Assembly: GCA_963809895.1 (NCBI GenBank)
Contig: CAWELD010000010.1
Span: forward strand, 128,001-192,000
Origin: an uncultured Gemmatimonadales bacterium
GTDB taxonomy: Bacteria; Gemmatimonadota; Gemmatimonadetes; Longimicrobiales; Gaopeijiaceae
DNA: 64,000 nucleotides
Reading direction: 5' to 3'
In this document: one piece after another, positions 19,784 through 28,892 of the stretch
Layout: each line of letters begins with the position of its first letter
How positions within the stretch are numbered: position 1 is the first letter of the stretch
Made by a program: the position numbers and the translations under genes
The notes under the pieces: model-generated
What the model saw: the letters and a program-made list of their open reading frames with translations, nothing else
Databases searched by the model: none
What the model was told of the DNA's origin: nothing

Positions 19784-22415
19784 GTGACCGACCACCATCG
19801 TGAAGCGGGACATGCCAGGGACGGGGCCCTGCCCCTTCCGGCCTTCCTGGCCGAAGCCATGTTGCGGCTGGCCTGGGGCGACGAAGCCGAGGCGGTCTCG
19901 GGCGATGTGGCCGAGGCGCTGGCGGCGCGCAGGCGCGGCGCCGGGTTCTGGACACGAGGCCCCGGCGCGTGGCTGTGGGGATGGGGGCAGGTGCTGGCGG
20001 CCGTAGTGCACGGACTCGCTGCGCGGCGGGCCGGCGGCCCGGGCTTTCGCCCCGGATTGGCCCTGCGTCTCGCCGTCCGGGGACTCCTCCGGGACCGCTC
20101 CACCTCGTTGACCGCCGTGGGCACCCTGGCGCTGGGCCTGGCGGCTCCCGCCACCTTCTTCAGCCTGCTGGTGGGCGCGATCCGCCCCCTGCCGGTGCCC
20201 CAGGGAGAGCGGGTCATGCGGGTCGAGGTCGTGCAGCCCGAGCGGGAGGGTCGCAGCCTCGCCGTCACGGCGGCGGACCTGAGGGCGTGGGCCGATGCCG
20301 GGACCCTGTCGGGGGTCGGGGGTTTTCGCGAGAAGGGTGCGACGCTGGTGGATCCGGGCGTGGCCGCCACCCGACTGGCCATGGCCGAGCTGACGCCTGG
20401 CGTCCTGCCGCTGCTGCGCGTGGCGCCGGTGCTGGGCCGGGTGCCCGACGCCGGCGAAGCCGAGGCCGCGTTGTTGCTCGGCCACGCGGTCTGGACCGAC
20501 GTGTTCGACGCCGACCCCGGCGTCATCGGACGGGTGGTGGAGATCGATGGGCGCCCTCGTACCGTGACCGGCGTGCTCCCGGAGGGATTCGGCTTCCCGC
20601 TGAAGCAGGACGCCTGGACGATCCTGCCCCTGGCGAGCGCCGGAGACGTCCCTCTGGAGCCGGTGTTGCGGCTGGCGGACGGCGCGTCGCCGGAGGCGGC
20701 GGCCGCGGAGCTCCAGGGGCGGTGGTCCCGGCGGGACGTGGAGCGCGACGCCGGCGCCACCGGAGGCGTGGTCGAGGTGGAGCGCTACACCTCGGGCCGG
20801 GGCGAGACCGGAGAGGCGGTGGCCTTCATCGGCCTGGTCCTGGTGGCGGTCTGCCTCCTCCTGATCGCGTGCGCCAACGTGGCCAACCTGCTCCTGGTGC
20901 GGGCCACCGAGCGGGTGCGGGTCCTGGGCGTGCAGGCGGCGCTGGGGGCCGGACGGATGCAGATCGGCGTCCAGCTCTTCCTGGAGGCGTTCCTGCTCGC
21001 CGTCGGTGGGGGAGCGGTGGGCCTGATGCTGGCGCGCTGGGCCGTGGGCTACGTTCAGCGGACCATGGGGCCGGCCAACTTCGGCTACTACTGGATGCGC
21101 ATGGCCGTCGACGGTTCGGTGGTGGCCTTCACACTGGCGCTGGTCACCCTGACGGCCCTGACCGCGGGACTGATCCCGGTGGTGCGCGTGCTCAGGACGG
21201 ATCTCCAGCGCACCCTCAAGGATCAGTCTGCATCGGGGTCCGTGGGCGGGGGTGGCCCCTGGAGCCGGGGGTTCGTCACCCTTCAGCTCGCCCTGTCGTG
21301 CGGGGCGCTGGTGGCGGCCGCGCTGACGGCCAGGACGATGGTCGTGGCCCGGGACTTCGGACGGGGCCTTCCGGGAGAGCAGACGCTGGTGGCGACCCTG
21401 GACGCGGGGCCGGTGGCCGGGGGTGCCCTGGACGTCACGGGGATTCTGAATGCGGTGGGCCGGGTGCCGGGTGTGCGCGACGTCGCCCTGGCGGTGGGCG
21501 CCCCTGGGGCCGGCGAGGCGTGGGGGCCCATGGAGGAGGAGGGGACCACCTACGCGCGCCCCGGCGACCGACCCACCGTGGCCTCCAACGCCGTGACCCC
21601 GGGATTCTTCGCGGCCATGGACCTGGAGGTGCTCGCGGGCCGGCCACTCACCGAGCGCCGACGATGCCGGCGCACCCGTGACGGCCGTGGTGAACCAGGC
21701 CTTCGTGCGCCGCTTCTCGCCGGACCGGGACGTCCTGGGCCGGCGCTTCCGCGTGCCGGCGTTGGACAGCGCCTGGGCCACGGTGGTGGGGGTGGTGGAA
21801 ACCGCGGACCTGGGCGCGGGCCCCGGGGCGCGGGAGGAGCGTATCTACCGGCCCTTCGCGCAGGTGGACGTGCCGGCGCCGACCCTGGTCGTGCGCGCCC
21901 AGGGCGACGACGGGGCGGCCCTGGCGCCGGCGGTGCGGCGGGCTGTGGCCGAGGTGGACGCCGGGCTTCCTCTCACCGGAGTGCGGACTTTGGCGGATCT
22001 GCTCCGCTTCATGACGCGGGCCCAGGCGACGCTGGGATTCCTGGGCGCTTCCGGGGGATTCGCCGGCCTGCTGGTGGCCGTCGTGGGGCTCTACGGCCTG
22101 CTGGCGTTCCGGGTGCGACAGCGGCGGCGGGAGCTGGGCGTGCGCATGGCGCTGGGGGCCGATGGCCCGGGCGTGGCGGTGGAGGTGCTGCGCTCGGCCT
22201 TCCGGCAGCTGGTGCCGGCCACGGTGGTGGGGCTGGCGCTGGCCTGGTTGGCGGCGCCGCTGCTCGCGGCGTTCACCCTGGGCGCCGATCCGCGGAATCC
22301 GGTCATGTACCTGGCCGTGGGTGGGGCCTTCCTGGCGCTGGGCGCCCTGGCGGCGCTGCCCGCGGCGCTGCGCGCGGCCCGCACCGATCCGGCCCGGGCG
22401 CTGCACGGGGAGTGA
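19784..22415 (+). CDS. ADOP-type duplicated MacB/FtsX-like permease; frameshift near 21656
   Basis: LLLIACANVANLLLVRA..ALGAGR, FVTLQLALS, RRRELGVRMALGA; continues in frame 21678-22415. Confidence 0.88.
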
Positions 22416-22419
22416 CGGC

Positions 22420-22746
22420 ATGGCAACCGACGACTATCTGGGCGAGTTCGAGCACCTGGTGATGCTGGCCATCCTGCAGGTGGGGGAGGGCGCCTACGGC
22501 GTGCCCATCCGCGAGGAGATCGAACGACGGGCCGGCCGCCCGGTCTCGTTCGGCGCGGTGTACGCCACGCTCCGGCGCCTGGAGCGCCGCGGCTACGTCG
22601 AGAGCCGGACCGGCGAGCCGGAGCCGGTGCCGGGCGGTAGGGCACGCAAGCTCGTGCGCCTCACCGAGGAGGGGTTGGACGTCCTGCAACGGAGCCGTTC
22701 CAGGCTGGCCTCCATGGCTCGGGGGCTGGGAGAGGTGCTCGGCTAG
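22420..22746 (+). CDS. PadR family transcriptional regulator
   Basis: LGEFEHLVMLAIL..AYGVPI..GAVYATLRRLE..GGRARK; adjacent to the ADOP permease. Confidence 0.92.
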   Translation: MATDDYLGEFEHLVMLAILQVGEGAYGVPIREEIERRAGRPVSFGAVYATLRRLERRGYVESRTGEPEPVPGGRARKLVRLTEEGLDVLQRSRSRLASMARGLGEVLG

Positions 22747-22824
22747 CCGCCGTCCCGGTTGCACCCCGGTGCGGGATCGGCCCACGATGGACGGGCCGAG
22801 AAGCCATCCCCTCCGGGAGGAACG

Positions 22825-23972
22825 ATGGACGCTGGAACCACCCTGGCCAACGTGAAGGAGATCGCCGACCGCTTCGCCGACCAACGGGGGGAGCGCCAGC
22901 GCCGAAGGTCCCTGGACCCGGACGACTTCGACGCGTTGCGAGAGGCCGGATATCTCATGACGGCGGTTCCCCGCGAGGAGGGTGGGCTCTGGGACGGCGT
23001 CGAGGGATCGGTGCGGATGCTGAGCGATCTGCTCCGGACGCTGGGGAGGGGCGATCCCTCGGTAGCGCTGGTGTCCTCCATGCATCCGGCCGTGACCTCG
23101 TTCTGGCTGGCCACTCCCGAGGTGCCCGAGGCCCACGCCGAGGCCTGGGCGCGGCAGCGCCGAGACGTGTGGGAGAGCGCGGCGGACGGCTGCTGGTGGG
23201 GCACCATCGTGTCGGAGCCGGGCAGCGGCGGCGACATCGCCAGGACGCGCTCCCGGGCCGCGCCGGCGACCGCCGCCGAGAACGGGGCGGGCTACCGCCT
23301 GACGGGGCAGAAGCACTTCGGCAGCGGCTCGGGTATCTCGTCGTTCATGATGACCACCGCCGTGCCGGACGACGAGGAGCCGGACCTCTTCTTCATGGAC
23401 GTGCGCGACGTGCCCTGGGACGGCTCGCGGGGAATCGAGCTCCTGGCCGAGTGGGACGGCCACGGAATGGCCGCCACCCAGAGTCACGCCATGGCTTTCG
23501 AGGATTACCCGGTCACGCGCTCGGCATGGCCCGGCCATCTCGAGGATCTGGCGGCCGCCACCGGTGGGCTCATCCCCTGTCTGTTCACCTCGGTCATCGC
23601 CGGGGTGGTCGACTCGGCCTACGCCGAGGCCGCGGCGCGCGTGGACAAGCGCCGGGCCGGCGTTCCGGGCCTTCGAGCAGGTGGAGTGGGCGCGCGTCGA
23701 GATGGAGGTCTGGACCGTCGCGCAGGCGCTGGAGGGTGCGCGTGCGGGCGCTGGAGAGCGGCGCCGCCGATGCTCCGCGCCAGGCGCTCCTGGCCAAGAC
23801 GGTGGTGGCCGAGCACGCCGAATCGGCGCTACGGCGCATCTGCAAGGTGGTGGGCGGCAGCAGCTTCTCGCGCCACTCGCCCTACGGCTACTGGTTCCAG
23901 GACGTGCGGGCGCTGGGCTTCCTGCGGCCGCCGTGGGGACTGGCGTTCGAGACGCTGTTCGAGCCGAGCTGA
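22825..23972 (+). CDS. Acyl-CoA dehydrogenase-fold flavoprotein; two frameshifts near 23660 and 23741
   Basis: GGAGG RBS; SEPGSGGD, LTGQKHFGSG, WDGHGMAATQSH; C-terminal VVGGSSFSR..QDVRALGF. Confidence 0.82.
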
Positions 23973-24015
23973 CGGTCGCCGCCCGAGCGGCCCGAAGGGG
24001 CAGGGCCTCCGCAGC

Positions 24016-25281
24016 TCACCCCGGACGGTGCAGCCGATACCGCACCACCGAGGGCACGTCGAAGTCGTCCAGCGCCACGCCCCACACCGCGTCGGCGCCG
24101 ACGGCCTCGAGGCGCACGCCCGCGGGCAGGTCCACGCGGCCCAGGAACGTGCCGTCGGCTTCGAAGATCCACGCCCGGTCGGGTGGCGCATCGCCGGGCG
24201 CCCAGGAAAGAACCCACACACGCCCCACGGGGTCGATGCGCAGCCCGGAGAAGGCCGGCAGCGTCGGGGGGTGGGGCGCGGCCAGGCGGGACTCGACCCG
24301 GCGGCGGGCCTCGGGCGTGTCGTCAGCGTCGGCGATCAGGGCACGCCGGGTGGCCTCCAGGTCGGCGTCGGTGAAGGGCCGCTCGAGCCCCGGGACCCGG
24401 ACGATGCGTGCGAGGCGGCCCCGGCCGTCGTACCACCGCAGCTCGAACCGGTCCGACACGGCCAGCCAGGCCCCGCCGGGGGCGGCGGCATCGTAGGCGT
24501 AGCGAGACCAGGGCGAGGGCATCGCCTCCACCGCCACCATCCCCTCGCCGGCATGTACCTGGACCAGGGCCTCCATGTCGGGCACGGGCCCCGGCAGTGT
24601 CGGGCCGGCGGAGCCGTCGGGGGTGGCGAAGCGGAAGTCGGCCGAGTCCCGGCGGAAGACCCCGTCGTCTCCTTCTCCCGGCATGCTCTCCCTGCCGGGC
24701 AAGTGGAAGATGCGGGCCAGGAGTCCCCCGTCGCGGGCCGAGGTGAACCGGAAGGGGCGTTCGTCCCAGTCCAGCGTCACCGTGCGGCCCGCGCCCCCGT
24801 CGGGGCCCACGAACGTCAGGCGGTCGGCCCGGCTGTCGTGGACCATGGTCGAGTCCCCCCGGTAGCGCCCCACGCTGCCGATGCGTGCGAATTCTCCCGG
24901 ACCCTCGCCCAGGCCGCCGGCGGTCCACAGATGGACCCCCGAGGCGTCGAAAGCGCGCAGCTCCTGACTCTGGCCCTCCGCCACGATCACCCCGCCCGCG
25001 GCCCGGGGCACCAGGCCCTGAACGGCACCGAACCGCGTGGGCTCGGGTCCGTCGAGGGTGCCGACGCGCAGGTCGGCGACGGAATCCAGCAGAGCCCAGA
25101 CCGGCGCCGGGGCCTCGACCGCGACCGTCACGATCTCGACACCGGCGCTGTCGACGCGATCGGCTTCCCGAGGCGCACGGTCGTCGGACGAGGGGGCGCC
25201 GCAGGCGACGACGAGGAGCGCGGTGACGAGCGAGGCGAGGCGGCGGATCACCGGTCGACCGAGGGAGCGTGCAGTCTGCAT
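24016..25281 (-). CDS. 6-bladed beta-propeller lipoprotein
   Basis: Lipobox VVAC; DSAGVEIV; GGLGEGPGEF; C-terminal DDFDVPSVVRYRL. Confidence 0.8.
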   Translation of the reverse strand: MQTARSLGRPVIRRLASLVTALLVVACGAPSSDDRAPREADRVDSAGVEIVTVAVEAPAPVWALLDSVADLRVGTLDGPEPTRFGAVQGLVPRAAGGVIVAEGQSQELRAFDASGVHLWTAGGLGEGPGEFARIGSVGRYRGDSTMVHDSRADRLTFVGPDGGAGRTVTLDWDERPFRFTSARDGGLLARIFHLPGRESMPGEGDDGVFRRDSADFRFATPDGSAGPTLPGPVPDMEALVQVHAGEGMVAVEAMPSPWSRYAYDAAAPGGAWLAVSDRFELRWYDGRGRLARIVRVPGLERPFTDADLEATRRALIADADDTPEARRRVESRLAAPHPPTLPAFSGLRIDPVGRVWVLSWAPGDAPPDRAWIFEADGTFLGRVDLPAGVRLEAVGADAVWGVALDDFDVPSVVRYRLHRPG

Positions 25282-25288
25282 GGCGTCC

Positions 25289-27670
25289 CTACCCCCAGAT
25301 CAGCACGATCTCTTCGACCCGGATGTCGTTCTTCTCCAGCCCCACCGGGAGCTCTTCGATAGCGTCGGCGGCGTCGGCGGCTTCGCGCACGATCTTCTCC
25401 AGGTCCTCGCCGAGCTGATCTTCGAGCTCCTGCACGTCCTCCATCTCGTCCCGGAGCCGGCCTTCGGCGCTGGAGAGGCGTTCCTCGGTGCGGCGCGTGG
25501 TGGAGCGGCGCGAGGCGATACGCGACAGGCTGGTGGCCCGCCGCCGTCCGCCCAGGAACATGCCCAGGAGCTGGCCGGCGCCGGCCACCACCTCCTGCTG
25601 GCGACGCGAGGAGACGTCCACCTCGAGCTCGTGCACGCGGCGCTCGGCGCGGGCGACCTGGTCGCGCTGCGTGTCGAGCTTCTTCTCGTACCGCTCCCGC
25701 AGCTTCGCGGCCTCCTGGTCGGCCCGGTCGCTGCCGGCGGCGCGGCAGCGTTCGCGGAAGTCGTCCGGCGACTCGCCGAGGCGCGACACCAGTCCGAGCT
25801 CGGGATTCCGGAGCAGGGTGAGGGTGCGATTCCGGTAGAGGTAGTCCACCAGCGCGCGCTCGGCGTCGCGGAAGAAGGACGCCGTGTCCACCGGCGCCTC
25901 GGGAAGCACGTAGCGGGCGCCCTCGGGCGGATCCTCCACCAGGTCGCGGTCGTCGTAGTCAACCGCCCGCGCGTCTTCGGGCCGGAAGGTACCGTCCAAT
26001 GGATACGCCACCGCCTCCCAGATCTCCTCGTGGCGGAGGTCCGCCTTGGCCTCGTCGAAGAGAAGGTGGATGCGGGCCGCCAGCCCGGCGCGCAGGCGCG
26101 GCCGCTCCCTCCCGAGCCCGAGCTCCGCGGCCCACGGCGCCGCCGGGTCCACGTAGCGCACGGGGGTCCCTTGCGGCGACCTGCGGCGGGACCGGGCTCT
26201 CGTCGTCGGCCAGCGTCGGGGGGCATCGGCGGGCGCCGCCTGGACGGGAGCCGGCGCGGGCTCTGCCGGCGAGCCGCCTGCTGCGCCCACCACCTCCGGC
26301 GGCAGCTTGTCCAGCTCGGCGCGGGTGATGGGGCCACGCAGGTAGGCCATGGCCCACCGGGTCGTGAACAGGGTGGGATCGGCCGATCGGGTCTGCTTCA
26401 TGAGGAAGCGGCGCTTGCCCAGCCCACCGATGCGGGCGTCCCAGGCCGACACGTCGACGCTGCCGTCGGCGGCCCGCAGCGCCTCGAGCACCCGGGCCTT
26501 GTCCCGCTCCGTCTGGAGGCGGCCCACCATCCAGGTGCCCGCGTTGGACATGAGCTTGTAGTCCATGTCCACCGGGTTCTGCGTCGACACCACCACGCCG
26601 AGCCCGTGGGCCCGGGCCTGCTTGAAGAGCGTGAGGAGCGGCTTCTTGGACGGCGGTTGGGCGGTGGGCGGCGCGAAGCCGAACAGCTCGTCGATGTAGA
26701 CCAGAGCCCGCAGGTCCGAGGTGCCGGGCTGGCTCCGCATCCACGACACCGCCCGGCTCAGCAGCAGCGTGACCACGAACATGCGCTCGCTCTCGGACAG
26801 GTGGGCCAGCTGCACCACGCTGGCCCGGGGCCGGCCGTCGGGGGACCGGAGCAGCACGTCCATGTCCAGGGGATCACCCGCTCGCCACGCGGCGAACGAC
26901 GGCGATGCCACCAAGCCGTTCAGGCGGAGCGCCAGCTTCATGCGCTCCGCCGGCGGCAGGAAGGCGTCCACCTCGAAGACCCCGAGCTTGCGGAAGGGCG
27001 GCGACTGGACGCCGGCGATGAGGTCCTCCAGCGACAGGTCCTCGCCCTGGCGCCAGGCGTGCTCCACCAGGTTGGCCAGGAGGATGTGCTCCGGCGTGGT
27101 CAGCGGGTCCGACTCCATGCCGGCCAGCGTCAGGAGTCCCGACACCAGGCCCTCGGCGGCGTCGCGTCGGGTCTCCTCGTCGGCGCCCGCAGGCGCCCGC
27201 AGAGAACCCACCAGATTCAGGGGCGCGCCGGCGGTGGAGCCCGGGGTGTAGACCCGGAGCGACATGCCCTCCTTCAGGCGCCGGACGTCCTCGCCGCCCA
27301 GCCCCCATCCCTCGAGCCCGTTGCGCCAGGTCTCGGCGGTTCGGCTCGCGAGATCGTCCTCGGTGAGTCCTTCACGGCGCGCCTCGGCGGGATCGATCCA
27401 GGGCCGGAACTCCGGGGCCGACAGCTCCGGAAAGAGGAGCGCCAGGTTCGCCAGGTCGCCCTTGGGATCGATGAGCAACGCCGGACGTCCGGACGCCAGG
27501 ATCTCCTCCAGGAGGACGATACCCAGCCCCGTCTTGCCGGAGCCGGTCATCCCCACGATGACGCCGTGGGTGGTGAGGTCTTCGCTGGGCAGCCGGACGG
27601 CCTCGTCGGTGCGCTCGCCGGTGTCGGGATCCAGGCGACCGCCCAGATGCAGTCCTGCGGGTGAGGTCAT
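25289..27670 (-). CDS. HerA/FtsK-superfamily (DUF87-like) P-loop ATPase with C-terminal coiled coil
   Basis: THGVIVGMTGSGKTG, IDPKGD, YIDELFGF, KQARAHG..STQNPVD, GRLQTERD. Confidence 0.85.
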   Translation of the reverse strand: MTSPAGLHLGGRLDPDTGERTDEAVRLPSEDLTTHGVIVGMTGSGKTGLGIVLLEEILASGRPALLIDPKGDLANLALLFPELSAPEFRPWIDPAEARREGLTEDDLASRTAETWRNGLEGWGLGGEDVRRLKEGMSLRVYTPGSTAGAPLNLVGSLRAPAGADEETRRDAAEGLVSGLLTLAGMESDPLTTPEHILLANLVEHAWRQGEDLSLEDLIAGVQSPPFRKLGVFEVDAFLPPAERMKLALRLNGLVASPSFAAWRAGDPLDMDVLLRSPDGRPRASVVQLAHLSESERMFVVTLLLSRAVSWMRSQPGTSDLRALVYIDELFGFAPPTAQPPSKKPLLTLFKQARAHGLGVVVSTQNPVDMDYKLMSNAGTWMVGRLQTERDKARVLEALRAADGSVDVSAWDARIGGLGKRRFLMKQTRSADPTLFTTRWAMAYLRGPITRAELDKLPPEVVGAAGGSPAEPAPAPVQAAPADAPRRWPTTRARSRRRSPQGTPVRYVDPAAPWAAELGLGRERPRLRAGLAARIHLLFDEAKADLRHEEIWEAVAYPLDGTFRPEDARAVDYDDRDLVEDPPEGARYVLPEAPVDTASFFRDAERALVDYLYRNRTLTLLRNPELGLVSRLGESPDDFRERCRAAGSDRADQEAAKLRERYEKKLDTQRDQVARAERRVHELEVDVSSRRQQEVVAGAGQLLGMFLGGRRRATSLSRIASRRSTTRRTEERLSSAEGRLRDEMEDVQELEDQLGEDLEKIVREAADAADAIEELPVGLEKNDIRVEEIVLIWG

Positions 27671-28797
27671 GTCAGGGTCCTGAGCGCCTCCGCCCAGCGC
27701 TCCATCTCGTCGGGCAACCCGAAGGAGACCCGGTTCCACTGGAGCATGGGGGGAAAGGCACGGCCCACGCGGATGCCGGCTTCACGCATGCGCGCGATGT
27801 AGGCCGGCAGCTCCCCGTGGATGCGGTGCATGAGGAAGTTGGTCTGCGTGGGGATGTATTCGAGCCCCAGCTCGTCGAGGGTGGCGGTGGCTACGGCCTT
27901 GGCCTGGGAGTTGACCGCCACGCTGCGCGCCATGAGCCCCTCGTCGGCCAGCGATGCCAACGCCGCGGCGCACGCCAGCACGTTGGTGTTGTTGGCCGAG
28001 ATGAACTCCCGCAGCCGGGCCGCCGTGTCGGGGTGGGCGACGCCGTAGCCCAGGCGCATGCCCGCCATCCCGAAGATCTTCGAGAAGGTGCGGGTCACGA
28101 CCACGTTCGGGCGCTCGTGCACCCACGACAACGCGCTCCGGTACCCGGGATGGTCCACGTACTCGAAATACGCCTCGTCGATGAGGAAGAGCGTGGTCTC
28201 CGGCGCGTCGGCGATCCACGCATCCACGTCCTGTGAAGGCGTGACGGTTCCCGTCGGGTTGTTCGGGTTACAGATGTAGACCACGGCAGGCCGGCGGCCG
28301 GCGGTCTTCACCACGTCGCGCATGCGCCCGAGGTCGTGGGCCCAGGTCGACGTCAACGGCACCGCCGTGAGCCGGTACGGAAAGGGCCGCTGGTAGCGCG
28401 GTACGTCTTCGAAGGTCGGCTCGGCGATGACCATGGGCGCGCCCGGCGCCTGGAAGGCCTGCACCGCCATCTGGAGCACCTCGGTGGAGCCGGCGCCCAT
28501 GATCAGATTGTCGGTGCTCACACCAAGATGGGCCGCCAGCGCGTCCTCCACGCGGCGGCGCCAGTCGCCGGGATAGCGGTTGGCTTCACCCATGGCGTCG
28601 ACCACGGCCCGGCGCGCGGCCGGCGACAGTCCCAGCGGATTCTCGTTGGAGCTCAGGCGCACGGTGCCGTCGGCGAGCGTCTTGCCCACCCGCCACGGCG
28701 CCCCACGCCCGAGAACCCCGGCGAGGCCGCCTCCGGATCCTGCGACGCCGGCCAGGCCGGCTGCCATTCCCGCGGTGACGAAGCCTCGGCGATCCAT
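27667..28797 (-). CDS. HisC-like PLP aminotransferase (class I/II) with twin-arginine signal peptide
   Basis: MDRRGFV followed by a hydrophobic stretch; LSSNENP, CNPNNPTG, DEAY, RTFSKIFGMAGMRLGY. Confidence 0.88.
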   Translation of the reverse strand: MDRRGFVTAGMAAGLAGVAGSGGGLAGVLGRGAPWRVGKTLADGTVRLSSNENPLGLSPAARRAVVDAMGEANRYPGDWRRRVEDALAAHLGVSTDNLIMGAGSTEVLQMAVQAFQAPGAPMVIAEPTFEDVPRYQRPFPYRLTAVPLTSTWAHDLGRMRDVVKTAGRRPAVVYICNPNNPTGTVTPSQDVDAWIADAPETTLFLIDEAYFEYVDHPGYRSALSWVHERPNVVVTRTFSKIFGMAGMRLGYGVAHPDTAARLREFISANNTNVLACAAALASLADEGLMARSVAVNSQAKAVATATLDELGLEYIPTQTNFLMHRIHGELPAYIARMREAGIRVGRAFPPMLQWNRVSFGLPDEMERWAEALRTLT

Positions 28798-28892
28798 GGG
28801 TCCCTCCGTGTTCGAGGTCGATCAGTGCCGCATGTCGAGCCCTCCGCGATCGGCGCTTGTCGCCTGCTGTCGCCGGTCTCGGCGATCGGTTG

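Noticed and set aside
25289..27670. HerA anti-phage system (Sir2-HerA or NurA-HerA)
   Set aside because: No sirtuin or nuclease partner adjacent; housekeeping-like context and GC content
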